DNA of 63,995 nt, filler included, from Basidiobolus ranarum (GCA_040143965.1; 5 parts of 5 records of this genome joined end to end with filler, not necessarily neighbours in it), one strand, 5' to 3'; shown: positions 12,990-25,947, numbered from the whole stretch's first letter. Notes: a model not told the origin generated them from the letters alone. Translations and numbers: made by a program.

Positions 12990-15073
12990 AAGATTACCAG
13001 CTGTTAATATGGGAACGCAAACGCTGACACAATGAGTGATTTCATAACTTGATTTCGCTAGTCCCCAGTGTGAGAGATGATGAGAATAGAGGCTTAGATA
13101 TTGATCGATCCAAGTGGACAATCTAATATGTGTAATACTCACGCTTCTGGGGTGGTTGAATTAATTGGGGCTTAGAGGTCTTTTTCACAAGAACTGAATC
13201 TTAATAGGCAAGTCGCATCGTGTATATTATTGGATCTGCCCCCTTGAGCCGCAATGAACACAAATACAGGATATTGACAAAGTGGTATGGTGTTGTAGAT
13301 ATTGTAATACCAAGAGCATCAGAAGCAACATCATTGGTGGAAGGCGTCTTTGTTTGTCGCCATCTTTGATTCATTCTATGACGAGTATATCTAACTAACC
13401 CTAACCCTTGAATGTCGCTGAAACTTGCATATATGCATGGAAATAGAATATCGCATATAGGCTACATGCACATGGTAAATGATCAAATTATGCCATAACT
13501 AAAACGCTCAGCTAACCCTTAGTTGCATTGCTTCCCGTAGCTGCAACTGTCTAGCATTGGCCATGAGTAATTAGCAGTATTCCAACGGTATACATGATGA
13601 TAGCAAGTTCGTTAAACATAGTAGATATAGACAACTTCTAATCAAAAGAAAGCTTTTATTATTAGTATCTTATTGACAATGAACAAGTGAAGAAACGAAG
13701 ATTTACTTATTATCCAGTGGTTAATTGATCATAATGAGGTATAGAGGAGAGTATTGCTTCAAAAAAGGAAATAGAAACTTTACCATATCACGATGATGAC
13801 GAAACAATCAAGACAGTAAAGCTAACTACATCTGATCTGATGCTGTTCTAGTTTTTAGGTAATTTTCTAACCTCGACAAAAATAATTCATTCCAGAGATG
13901 AAACTGGGAAAATGGTTGAGTTAAACTGTGTTCATATACTAGCCAATTCACCTGGAGCTGGTCACCTGGAATAATTCACACTAGACATGGAAATATCTAG
14001 CCTACTTTTATCAATTTCTATGATACTTTCTGGATTTTCAAGAGTGGTGTAAGAGCTGGGTCTTGTACCCGCAAAACACTGTCCGCCATTGATGCTACAC
14101 TTAAAGTACAAACCATTTGTGCGTCTCAATATAATGCCTGTGTAGGCCCCACAAATGTTGTGGTCAATCTGGCCAGGTGATGCGGCTCATGTGTGGGAGG
14201 AAGTAAGGTAGAACGGCTTTGCTCAAAAATGCTCCTAAGTGCACATTCTCATCAACTAGATGCGTGTAGTCCGGACTATGTAGTGGATTTTTTTTCTTGG
14301 ATAGTATATGTGTAAGCATTGCTTGTGATAAGCCGAATGTAACATGCCGAAAGTAGAATAAAATAGGTTGGCCTTGTTTAGATAACCTAATGTGAAATCT
14401 CAATCAACAAATTAATATTTCCAAACAGTCATGACACTTCATGCATATACTAATTGGTTAGGATCGTTTGTGAATACTCAGGCTAAATCATAGCGTTTGC
14501 GTTTCAAAGTGAGCCCATGTTTCGTGGATTGTTACAGATCTGCAAATGCTTAGTTGGTTATCCGTGACATTTGAAGATAGTTCTAGTCTCATCACTATAT
14601 ACTCTGGCCAGAGATGAACTGTTGTCTATAAAGAAATGAAACGAGTGTGAAGGTGGAATTCTTGTCTTTGTGACAAGGTTTAAAATGTAGTCACAGTAGG
14701 CAAACGTACACTGTGAAGTGGAAGTAACTTACTTTCTATTTCATAAGTCAGGTGCATGTCATATCCTAAGCATTCCCAGTGCTGTCAAAAAAGTCGTGTC
14801 TTATTCTCACAACAAATGTACAATATGATCAGCAATTCACCACAAATAAACCACTAAACCAAACCAATGCCTATCCTACTTATCTCACCCATCAGGCCAC
14901 CAAAGAATATGAAGTAAAATCAATCAGAATATAACGGTTCGGAAATTATCTCTTCATCTAAATACTCGGCCAATAAAATAGCTATTTCGAAAGTTAGTGA
15001 TTGATATTTCTCAGTTAAATAAGCGTTGCTAATCCGGTGTATTTGGCTCTGACATAATCAACATACTATCAAA

Positions 15074-15145
15074 GGCTCAATGGTCTAGTCGTTTGATTCC
15101 TTGTTCGAGTCGTGGAGGTCCCGAGTTAAATTTCCCGTTGAGCCT
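15074..15145 (+). pseudogene. tRNA-Pro-derived pseudogene (anticodon position reads CGA)
   Basis: Perfect 7-bp acceptor stem GGCTCAA/TTGAGCC, TGGTCTAG A-box, AGGTC variable loop, 72-nt spacing and a T-run terminator. D-loop GG is changed to CG, T-loop TTC to TTA, and the anticodon and T stems are mismatched. Confidence 0.75.
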
Positions 15146-18100
15146 TTTTTGTATCGTATGGTTGATAATTAGTCAAAAAATGGTCAAATATCCCAGTATC
15201 CGATCTTTCGGATTGCTTGATCGGACTTTGCGTGTCAGGTGCCTTGTTACTTATTCTAACTGCAAGAAGTTTAGCCTAGGTGTGAGTTGGTATTCCATCT
15301 TGGGGATAATCATCTGGTGTTGCTTAGGAATACTTACATGTTCAGCTAAATACTGCATTGAAAGATATATTCAACAATTAGTCTGCTTAGAATTACAGTT
15401 AGTTGAGAGATTCACATATGAACAGGGCATTACAGACTGAGGAACCATGAATCATTCCTAACCATCAATTATCATTTACTATGAAGTTTCTTATTGAGTG
15501 AAACTCGTCCTCGAATATCCGACTTACAAGCTACCAAGGATTTCGTTAATTACTTGTACAACAAATTATTTGAAAGAATTGGAGTGTCTTTTCACTCAGA
15601 CATATGTAATTAGATAGATATATTTTAAGGCAATTGACATGGAATTTTCAATGTCTAAATAAACAAATGCGTAGAAAGAACATTCATCAGGCGAGTGATG
15701 CACTCATTTTTGAGCGGTCATCTGCATGTTCGAAGTTGAACCAATATACTTACTCAGAGCTAAGAGTAGAATAGATCTACTTACTCCACTAAATAAATTG
15801 TTTGCATATTTTCTGTATGCATCCTTTGAATATGGCAATGGAAACACTGAAAAGTATTCCAATTCCAGTGTCTATTACAGATGGAAGGAGTAGTGATAAG
15901 TTATGTATCAAGTGAAGAATGATGACTTAATCATCATCAAGTCAAATTTTATTGCTGCGAAAGGCTGCACTTTCCTTTCAAATTGCTGGTATAAATATCT
16001 AAATTGCTTATTTACATTGAGAGGAAAACCCGCCCTTTAAGCTCATTATTCTAATAAACATATTCTTTTAATGGATAGTTTTGCCATCTCTCAGTTTTCT
16101 TTGTCTACCAACACCGCTACGCTGGTATCCAGCTCAATATTTAGGTGGATTTCCTTTCAGTCACCTCATTAGTGTCCCCTATGTGAGTACTCTTATTCCT
16201 GTATTCAACCTCATTTGTAGAATGATTTGGGCCTCTATATATAGTGCGACCAGAAGCGCAATCCTCATTATCACTGTTATCGCCTTGTCCATGCTTGCCA
16301 TTGAGTAGCTGAGTTGGAGATAAAATTACTATTCTCACTTTAATGCTTCTTTTAATGGAAGTACTTATTGTTGGATGCAGAAAGCATGATACTCTGTCCA
16401 AGAAAGGTGCATAAATAAGTATAGTTGGCAAATATACGAGAATTGTGAAATTAGAAACAATAATCATTCATCCAATACTGTGTGGCTAAGATATCAAATA
16501 AAGACAACATCTACGGGTGCATTTTCTCATCCTTAGCATTTCTACTTAGTCAGGTAATTGTCGAGCTTTCATAAAATCCTTTTCATAAGGCATCTGTTAA
16601 GAAAATTGTAAAAGAAGCATGTATTCTGCATTATGATTATAGTGAGAATGATCATTGATTCGTACATTAATCTTTAGTTATTGAATATACAGAATCAGGG
16701 TGCAATTTACTGTGATTTAGTCGAACGATTAAATCTTGAATCATAACGATCAGTACCCTCTTGATTGTTACCACGTGGTATCAACAAAATTTATCGTTAA
16801 GGGAGTTTTCAAGAATATCAAAACACTGTAAAGCCTCCTTTTCTACAAAGAATTACATTTGAAATCTAAGTGAACAGAGCTCTATCGAAGTTGGCTAACT
16901 TTATTGCCAAAAAATAATGTGACAAAAGGGTAGTACATCAAACTTTAAAAGGTATAAAAATGAACGCTATCATCGTTTCTGGGATAACTAACGAACAAGA
17001 TCTAAATGATACTGTGTGAACTCCATTGTGAAGCTTAAACTCACGAGTTATTGATTACTTGAGTAGTCACCTTGGAAGAAAAATATATGACTCAGAGTTG
17101 ATAATCATTACTTTTACAACTGTTTATTGTGCTATTTCCGGTTCCTGGGTGAATGTGGTTGTCGACTTAGGCTTTTAGTGGTTTGTTCTCGGTATCGGAG
17201 TGGGTGGATAACTATACACCCAAGCTTCTTTAATACAGTCACAACTCCATTGTTGCACTCACCGTAAGGGTATATCTGGGGCGTTTCTCTATAACTCTGA
17301 GGTATTTCAAGATATATAAATACATTCGAAGTTGTACCTACCGCGAGTCTACTTAGTTACTAGTAAATCAGATATAGATATTGATAATATCGATTTGTAT
17401 GATCAGTTATAACTTGAAATATTTGAACAGTGAAGTTACGGTTTGATGCAGTAACAGAAACCATGTACTAAGACGTATATGGTAGTTTTCATGTTACTTC
17501 GAGAACACTAGTCTTGATCTCGTCATGGCAAATCAAGATGAAAAGATTTCCAAATTGACTGAGATTAATATTAGTAGTCAACCCAATCAGAGTTCCGAGC
17601 GGAGTGAATGTCTTAACAATTACTGTTGATTGGTCCTTGCAGTTTAGCTTTTAAGCTTATTAGTGATTGGTGAAGGATTCGAAGCGCCAATACGATAATG
17701 ACTATTGTGACGCTTAAACCGAAGATATTTCCCGGAAAAGTGATCACACCAATGGCCGAAGTATACTCGCTCCATGTTCAATATTCCCTCAGCCATTGGT
17801 TGACTAATGGATACACAGACCCTTAATACTGCTTCTAGGAATTCTAGGAATAGCATTGCGTTATGGAGGAAGTTAAGATCACGCATTAATTTCTTCTAAA
17901 ATTAACTGCTAACAGACGTGATCAACATTTCTTGGTTGAATGAAGTGTGTATGTGTAAAATGACCAAAAGAGGTGATATAAATCACGCTATATCTATTGT
18001 GGCGAGAAGGGGTAAAGGGGAGAAATCTCGATTACTGAGTTGGCTGATGAGTTGCGAATAATTCGATCAGGAACATAACTTAGAATTAACGGATTTGTGT

Positions 18101-18281
18101 TACTCAAAAAAAAGCTCCTTCCAATCATATGTCTGAAATGAGGAGTGTGGTAATCGAGGCCATTCCATTGGGTGACCACAAGTTCGAGGAAAGAATCTAC
18201 TAGCTTGGGTCAGTATTTGGGCCAATATATAAGGTTCTTGGCAGAATCTAAATCACCACGAACTCATTTCTTACAGCGCAG

Positions 18282-19805
18282 ATGTCTGGAGATCAACTCG
18301 CAAATCTTAACGATACTAAGCTTACAGGATGGCATTTGCGTGCTATCATTGTTGCTGGTATTGGTTTTTTCACTGATGCCTACGACATTTTCATTATCAA
18401 TCTGGCTGTTCCTATGATGGGTTACGTTTATTATGCTGAAAACAACAACAAGGTTCCCAAACAGTTCGAGGGTCCACTTAAGGGTGCTACAGCTTTTGGT
18501 ACATTGATCGGACAACTTCTCTTTGGTTATCTTAGTGACAAACTTGGACGTAAGAAGATGTACGGTTCTGAACTGATCATCATTATCTTTGCTACATTCT
18601 GTTGTGCTATCGCCGGATCCTGGGGTAAAGGAGTGAATGTCATTGCTGTTCTTGCTCTTTGGCGATTCATTCTTGGTATTGGTATCGGTGGTGACTACCC
18701 AGTTAGTGCTGTCATCACCTCCGAATTTGCATCCACAAAACGTCGTGGTATGATGATTTCTGCAGTGTTTGCTTCTCAGGGTATCGGAATTCTTGTTGCT
18801 GCCTTGTTCACAGTGATGATCCTCGCTTGTTTCCAAACGCTCATTCGTGAAGATCAGGCCAATCTTGACTATGTATGGAGATTGATGCTTGGATTCGGAT
18901 GTGTCCCTGCCATCTTCACCGTATGGTTCCGTTTGAATATGCCAGAGTCACCTCGTTATACCATGGAAGTTAAGGGTAATGCGGAGCAAGCTGCCAAGGA
19001 TCTTGAAGCAGTGCTGGGAGAACAGGATAAGAGTACACAGATGAATGATTTCTCTCAGAATGAGAAATTAGGGCAAGTTGTACCAGTTTTAGCTAGCAAC
19101 GAGGATACTTTCACCCAACACTTCAGCAAGTGGAAGAACCTTAAGGTGTTGCTTGGTACCTCCTTGTCCTGGTTCTTCTTGGACATTGCGTTCTATGGTC
19201 TTTCTCTGAATCAGTCATACGTCTTGCAAGCCATTGGGTACTCTTCAAAAGGATTATCAGCATATGATGCCATGTGGACCGAAGCCATTGGTAATATGAT
19301 CATCTCATTAATGGGAACCGTGCCTGGATACTGGTTCACTGTATTCCTCATTGAACGTATGGGTCGTATCAAGATCCAGTTAATGGGTTTCATGATGCTT
19401 ACCATCATCTTCGTCATTCTATCTGCTGGCTTCAATAAGATCCGTGACACAGCGTTGGCTCTTTTCATCGCTCTCTTCACTCTTGCCCAATTCTTCTTCA
19501 ACTTTGGTCCTAACACCACCACTTTCGTACTTCCCTCAGAAGTGTTCCCAACTCGCTTCCGTTCTACTGCTCATGGTATCTCTGCCGCCTCTGGTAAACT
19601 TGGTGCCATTATTGCTACTTTCGGTTTCAATCAATTGGTAGAGATCGGTGGTGCCGATGGTGAACATGCCTTTCTCCCACAGACATTAGGCATCTTTGCT
19701 GGTATCATGTTTCTCGGTTTCTTGACCACCTTCTGGATCCCGGAGACCAAGGGTAAATCTTTGGAAGAGATCTGTGAGGAGATCGAGAACTCTGACAAAA
19801 AATAG
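18282..19805 (+). CDS. PHO84: High-affinity phosphate:H+ symporter (MFS, PHS family), intronless
   Basis: GIGFFTDAYDIF, GIGIGGDYPVSAVITSEFA, RRGMMISAVFASQG, NFGPNTTTF and FPTRFRSTAHGISAASGK motifs. Confidence 0.95.
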   Translation: MSGDQLANLNDTKLTGWHLRAIIVAGIGFFTDAYDIFIINLAVPMMGYVYYAENNNKVPKQFEGPLKGATAFGTLIGQLLFGYLSDKLGRKKMYGSELIIIIFATFCCAIAGSWGKGVNVIAVLALWRFILGIGIGGDYPVSAVITSEFASTKRRGMMISAVFASQGIGILVAALFTVMILACFQTLIREDQANLDYVWRLMLGFGCVPAIFTVWFRLNMPESPRYTMEVKGNAEQAAKDLEAVLGEQDKSTQMNDFSQNEKLGQVVPVLASNEDTFTQHFSKWKNLKVLLGTSLSWFFLDIAFYGLSLNQSYVLQAIGYSSKGLSAYDAMWTEAIGNMIISLMGTVPGYWFTVFLIERMGRIKIQLMGFMMLTIIFVILSAGFNKIRDTALALFIALFTLAQFFFNFGPNTTTFVLPSEVFPTRFRSTAHGISAASGKLGAIIATFGFNQLVEIGGADGEHAFLPQTLGIFAGIMFLGFLTTFWIPETKGKSLEEICEEIENSDKK

Positions 19806-21272
19806 ATATTGAGGCTCTTGTACAATTATCACCAGGACATCCAAGAATATTCCTGCTGATTATTCTACTCACGACATCTTTATTACAACTTACACTATCT
19901 AAACATATTGCATCGTAATATGCCTCACGTAGAGGCGTTTTCCCTCATACACTCATTAACTTTGTATATATACTGACTTTAAATCAACCTACTATTTATC
20001 CACTTTCACATGTTTAATATCTAGAAGCAATTAACCACATCATTGAATAAATCAACTTCAAGTGTACTTTTCGGTACTTGCTCCTATTTCTTGTACTAGA
20101 TATTACACAGCGTTCTCATATCTACTCTTAGGGACAATAACAGTGGCAATGGTAGTGCTTACAATTAACGCTGGTGAGCAGCAACTTGAAAATAATCATA
20201 ATAAATGTGACAGTAAAGTTGGTAATTGAAGGGAAAACTTGAAAGGAAGTAATGGCAACCAAGTTCATAGCCATGGAGGGTAAATATTTCAATTGGCAAG
20301 GTTTAAAGGTTTATAGCAACAAGTACACAGCTGTTGTAGTCGCTCATCCAATGGCCGGTGTAAAAGAGTAGATTTCCGCAATTTACGCGAAAAAGTTTAC
20401 GGGAAATAAGTTCATTGCTCCGGCCTTTGATACTGCATAGATTATTATAAAGTGTCCCAGTGCCAGCATCCCTAATGCAACAACGCATACCCAACGAGAA
20501 GTACCGATCTCTTGGCGAATTATTCCACTTTTGAATTCAATGACATGCCTTCGCCTCGTTCTCTCCTGATGATGATTGTTAGAAGCGATGTTCATTTTAG
20601 TGAGGATCCAATCAAGCTCTTGTGAGTTGAGTGTTTTTACGGAGTGACTAGTGCAAGCAGAGTTCTTCTATTGCAGTAGTTGGGTGGATTTTCATCTCGT
20701 AATCTTTATGCCATGCTAAAAATACATTCCACAATGCTGCAATATTTTAAAAAAATTCATTTAACTGTGTCAGAAATATCCTTTCCACATTAGACTTGTT
20801 CTTGGTGTCTGAGATAGGAAATTGAATGGAGTAAAATTATTGATGCTGTGGCGTTTTAGATTACTATACTCGTACACTGCATTGTCAGTCCTAACTGATT
20901 CTATTTTTTGTATACTTGCCCATTCTTGTATCTCCTCAGCCGTAAGGTTGACTAAGACAGATTTTTCAATGCTGCACTGTTTGCATACTTAATAGATAAG
21001 CATGATGGTACTAGCACCGTTTAGTCAGATATACATTATTGTAACAATCACAAAATCTTGGATAAAATAGAATCAAATTCTGGAAGTTTAGTATTCTTTA
21101 GGCACCACTAAACAATTAAACACACCAAAGATTTTACTGCGCTTGTACCATATCAACATATATTAAAAACATAGTCACTAGGTAATCATTTATTTACCAA
21201 TAAATATATGGTCACATATAGATTATTTCTTGCGCTAGTAACCAAATTGACACAAGCATAATTCTTCTCAGA

Positions 21273-22318
21273 CTAATAACCACATGACATTTGGTTAATG
21301 CCACCGCGGCACACAGCTCCAGGTGCTCAGCGTTGGATGTATTCGAATCCATTGGAGCATACCTTGAATTCACGAGACTCTCCGGGATTGACACATTTAG
21401 TTTCATAACCAGAACAACGACCAGGCTTATCCCCACCATTACCAGGCTTGGAGGTTTCTGTAGGCTTGGCTGAGGTAGTAGTTGCTGACTTGGGAGGCTT
21501 GCAGGTAGCAGTGGGCTTGGTTGGTTTAACACTAGTTGCTGGCTTGGTAGGCTTCACAGTAGTGGCCGGTTTAGTGGGTTTGGTAGTAGAAGTAGGTTTG
21601 ATTACAGTGGAAGGCTCTGGACTAACAACGCCACTGCCATTTCCAGTAACCTTTACGGTTGATCTATATGGGAATAAGTCCTTGCCACTGTATTCACCAT
21701 GTGGGAGCTCCGGGATAGTTACATATCCAGAAAGGTTGGCAACCAATAGCTTCGGCTCAGTGATAGATCCTGATGGACTACCTTGGACTTCGATATCAGC
21801 GCAATTCATATAATACTCACGATTACCAGTCTTATTAATCCATGCCCAAGGAAAAGTGGCCCGGTCACTAGGTGCTCCAGCTGGGATTTGAACACTGTAA
21901 TCACGAGAAGCAATCAAGCAATCATCAAAAATGTCCTTAAGCACAACAAATGTTTTATCATCGTACGATAAGGTAAATTGACAATGGCCTCCATTATGTG
22001 GAGCTCCACCACCAATCTTGACTAGTAGGCTGTCTCCAGCTTTAATGGTTTCCACCACACCGCCCTGTCCATATCCACGGCAAGGATAAAACCAACGTTC
22101 TTGTTTTAATGGGGCAACCATATCATAGTCTGGCCATAATATTAATGTTATTGCGGCTGGATAGTGGCGCGGTACGGGTATATCAGTGATCTATATTCCG
22201 GAATAACTAATTGGTAGAATAGTAACTTGCTTATTTACGACTTTGGGATTATACTCTGGTTATTTTAATCCTCGAACATGATAGGATATAATGATCGCAT
22301 TTGAATAAACCCGTCTAC
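21273..22318 (-). pseudogene. AA11-like lytic polysaccharide monooxygenase with P/T/K linker and Cys-rich C-terminal chitin-binding-like module; probably a pseudogene
   Basis: APHNGGHCQFTLSYD and WAWINKTGNREYYMNCADI motifs. In-frame TGA at 21327-21329 in IQR*APGAVC. The 5' region lacks an intact signal peptide and His1 and contains a stop (VRGLK*PEYNPKV). The 5' boundary is approximate. Confidence 0.75.
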
Positions 22319-22797
22319 GTTAATCAATTTCAATATAAGCAGTTATTTCAACTCTCAAGTATATGTAATCAGGATAGCTTCAACTCTTAAATATATCCAA
22401 CTTGGTATGAATAAGAATAATACCCTTATATATATATGTACTGCAGGCTTTCTAGATCAGATGGTGGGAGTAGACCATTAGGATTGCCCATTGTTATAGC
22501 TTTAGATGGTGCGTTACTTTCATTCCATATCACGGGCATATCACGGGGATTGATATAAACTCGACATATACTTTACTTTATCTCATGAATACTGAACAAC
22601 TTTCTATAGTCTGTGAGCAATATTCGACTGGTGTGTACCATATATCGCCCTTAATGGATAATTTAACACTAGTCAGTAAAGAAGAGACGAAATCTTGATT
22701 AGTTGATGGGTGAGGCTTAATTAATTCTTATATGCCAAAAGATGAGATTATATTCTCCAAACTAGTTCACACAGTATCTTTGAAATGGTGAAGATCT

Positions 22798-23127
22798 CTA
22801 AGCTAATAAATAATATGAACAAATACTAACAAATAATTCAACAAATACTAACGAAAATGATGATGTCCCATAGATTGAAGTATTAGATGTTTGAGTAGAA
22901 AAGTTATTAAATCCTTGTTGCTTCAATGAGGCAGGACTTTTGGATGCTGCATCAGTCTCAGAATCATTTCCAACATTGGTAGGGGCACTGGAATCATCTT
23001 CAGTATCTTCTGAGACACTAGCGTCGCTGGAACCAGTATCATCGTCGTCATTCGAAGTAGAATCATTCGTGGCACTAGGGGAAGTAGTATTATCGGGTAA
23101 AGCTGTAGCGTTAGTGCTCAGATTTTG
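22798..23127 (-). CDS. Orphan terminal exon encoding a Ser/Thr/Asp-rich stalk and hydrophobic GPI-like tail
   Basis: 110 open codons follow a TAG acceptor (CCTCCATAG|CAA): QNLSTNATALPDNTTSPSATNDSTSNDDDDTGSS...SSFSLVFVELFVSICSYYLLA*. No upstream exon recognised. Confidence 0.55.
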   Translation of the reverse strand, partial: QNLSTNATALPDNTTSPSATNDSTSNDDDDTGSSDASVSEDTEDDSSAPTNVGNDSETDAASKSPASLKQQGFNNFSTQTSNTSIYGTSSFSLVFVELFVSICSYYLLA

Positions 23128-23334
23128 CTATGGAGGCAAGTTGGCACATTCGTATGCAAGAACGAAATGGAAATTATATTGAGCCAAGAGTTGAGTTATA
23201 TTGGGTATCAGTTGTACAGTATCGATATAGATATCATGTTGCAATGAAATGAATCCGGGGTCACTATGAGCATTGAGATCAGTACCTATGGTTAATGCTG
23301 TCTTGAAAGAGTCTAGAATGAGACTAGCATCTTA

Positions 23335-23591
23335 TATTGAACTAAGATATCTCCCATTTTTTTCACGAGGAATTTACTTAAAAGTTTGAAGATATATAGA
23401 TTTTTCAAAGAGGCCCCAAACTTTGCACACATGTTCCTTGAATCTTCCTTAACACATTCTACACATTAGTTTGTCTATATCTTGACAAAACTATAAATGT
23501 CAGCTTTCAACTCAATAAATCAATAAGTGGGAACCACCAAATTCTCTATTTCTCCAAACCACTTCCAACAGGCTCTCAAAATACTTTAACA
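23335..23591 (+). mobile_element. 5'-truncated LTR copy C
   Basis: Shares GAACTAAGATATC, GAGGAATTTAC, CTTCCTTAACACATTCTACAC, CTTGACAAAACTATAAATGTCA and CCACTTCCAACA with the other copies; ends AAATACTTTAACA. Confidence 0.75.
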
Positions 23592-25568
23592 TATTACACA
23601 ACTGAAAGAAACCAGTTGCTCCAGTATCTATAACTTTATAGGACATATAAAAACCCATTATCTTAGATTGTGAGTTAAACTAAACAAATTCCTATGTAAA
23701 CTAAATAAATACGGTGTAAGTTATACAACTTGAAATGTTGGTGCACAAGTACTCACCAAACACGGAGCCTAGCTGCCTAGCAGAATCACTATCATCATGG
23801 AGTCCCATCTGTTCCCTAGTCAATTCTATGGAGCTAGTATCGCTGATCTGGCTGCGATGAGTTTGGTTGGTGAATTGATAGAATCCAACGAAAAACCCTT
23901 TGAAATTCAGAAACTCAAGCATGTCAACCATATGTGGAATGTGTTGAACCAACCCAACAATGGAATTCAAGGAGGGTATGTGGAGTGCTAATGAGGCGCA
24001 AGTATGTATTTTCAGAAAAATTCCCCAAAAAGAATCCATGTTGAATTGGCCCTAATCTCACCCGGGTGGTTTTTAGGAGGAAATGGAATTTAATAAAGTG
24101 ACCATAGCACTACTAATCTGGGAAAAGGTTTGGTTGTTTTGGTTAGGGTCTAATCCTAACCCTTTCAAACATGGTCATAGGGCTAGGGTCTTACTTAGCA
24201 TATCATAGTCATCGACTTAGGATATCAACGACTCTAATAGTCTTTCTTGCTCATCTTTCATCCCAATTGATATGCTTCACAAGGGGTAACAGCCCCTACT
24301 CTTAATTTCCATCAATAGCGCAATAGATAAATCTAGGATACAAAAAAAGGGATGGCACCTGATCTCCCCATGGATAAGTAGTGTGAAAATGCTAGAGCCA
24401 ACTGATTATTAGTTGACTTTTTACTGGCAACATGGTTGGTCAGAATTTTAGGGGGCTTTTAGATATGACTTCAATAACATGAACATCATCTCAGAGAACA
24501 AATTGGGGAAAAGTAGAATGCTCATAGTTCAGATAGCAAACGTAATTGCGGATTTAAACAGTATTATGGGTTAGGTACGGTCATATAGGTACGATCATAT
24601 TAGTTAGTATTACTCTTCTCGATGGACCTTATTCATGATTGGTCATTTGCTCATATTCAAGTACTAGAGTTAGCGTTCGAAAAATATGTTTATATCCTCC
24701 AAATGATGAGAAAATCTCACCACTGCATTCTGACCAGTAACATTTGAGCGGAGATATAACTATAATTTACTAACGCTAAGTCCCAAGTCATTAACTTTCC
24801 ATCAACAATGGGATTTGCAGGTAAGTAACATTACTAATATATTCATATACAAGGCTAGTCAGGGATTATCCGAATCAGTTTAGCGTATTAGTATACAGGA
24901 ATACAAGAGGGTTAGTCGATCAATCTTTCGGAACACTGTGAAGTGTTTAGATCGGAGTAAGAGAAGCCACCTAAATTTGGTAGGTCCTTTTAGTTTAGCG
25001 AAAGAATTGATTATCCAAAAGTAGAGGTTAAGGACTAACGATGGCTTACGACATCCATGAGATTTCCTAAATATATCCAAAAGTATGTGGAGATTTTGAC
25101 TACTCCTGGTAATCCTGGTCATGTTACCTTCATGGCGTCCGATTAAAATGGTTTCCTCGAATTTACCTTTCTAAATCCAAAATTGAAGCTCACTCTAGTC
25201 CGCCCATTTGAATGGAAAGAGATTCCGCAAGAATATTTATCTGGCAATAGATCCAACCAAAGGTGCTTAACAAATAATGGTTGACCCTCCAATAGTTCAG
25301 TCATAGGATAAGTGACTGCTTGAACGAATATATCCACTTCAATCGGGATTAGCAGTATTCGGCAAATCTAGTTCAGCAGCCCTTCCATTTTCTGAGTTTT
25401 CGTTAGAAGAGTTGCCTGGTCCTCTGGTAGAGATTAACTAATTGTTCATGTTTTGAAGTTTCAAGTTCAACCTTCATTTTCTAGTCGAGTATAAATAATC
25501 CCATCTGCACTTGAACTAAAAATCATTCAATACTTCTCCGCTCTTTCAAAGGATAATCAACAATTATC

Positions 25569-25847
25569 ATGGTTGGCGTCAAGCTTCTTACCTCTATTTC
25601 TCTTCTAGCCACTTCTACCATGGCTTGGGTTTGGCCCATGCCTCAGCAGATGGATGTTGGCAGTGGCATCCTTCGTCTTGACCAACGCCTCAGGATTGAC
25701 TTTGAAACTCCTTGCGATTCTGATGAGACTTACTACGGTAACTATGTGACTCATTGTGAAGATTACGATATCCTTCGCAACGCTGTCAGACGCTATCGTA
25801 AATTGATCTTTAATAAGGGCGAATTTGGCAACCAGTTGGACACTGTC
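25569..25847 (+). CDS. Secreted beta-N-acetylhexosaminidase (GH20), N-terminal fragment cut by contig end
   Basis: Signal peptide followed by VWPMPQQM and ILRNAVRRYRKLIF, typical of the GH20 N-terminal domain. TATA (TATAAATA) at ~25490. Confidence 0.75.
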
Positions 25848-25947
25848 NNNNNNNNNNNNNNNNNNNNNNNNNNNNNNNNNNNNNNNNNNNNTTAATTAAT
25901 TAANNNNNNNNNNNNNNNNNNNNNNNNNNNNNNNNNNNNNNNNNNNN
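25848..25947. other. Artificial contig spacer
   Basis: N44-TTAATTAATTAA-N44. Confidence 0.98.

Noticed and set aside
13925..14050. ANSPGAGHLE* resembling the HxxxxxxGH zinc finger of gypsy integrase
   Set aside because: Too short, the first His is absent, and there is no downstream CxxC or DDE support.
16772..16777. CACGTG as a Pho4 site for PHO84
   Set aside because: Single 6-mer 1.5 kb upstream; expected by chance.
20303..20700. Coding-like minus-strand ORFs (also 23797-23991, 39560-40270, 43612-43884)
   Set aside because: Could be eroded gene relics, but I found no family motif, so no call is supportable without BLASTX.
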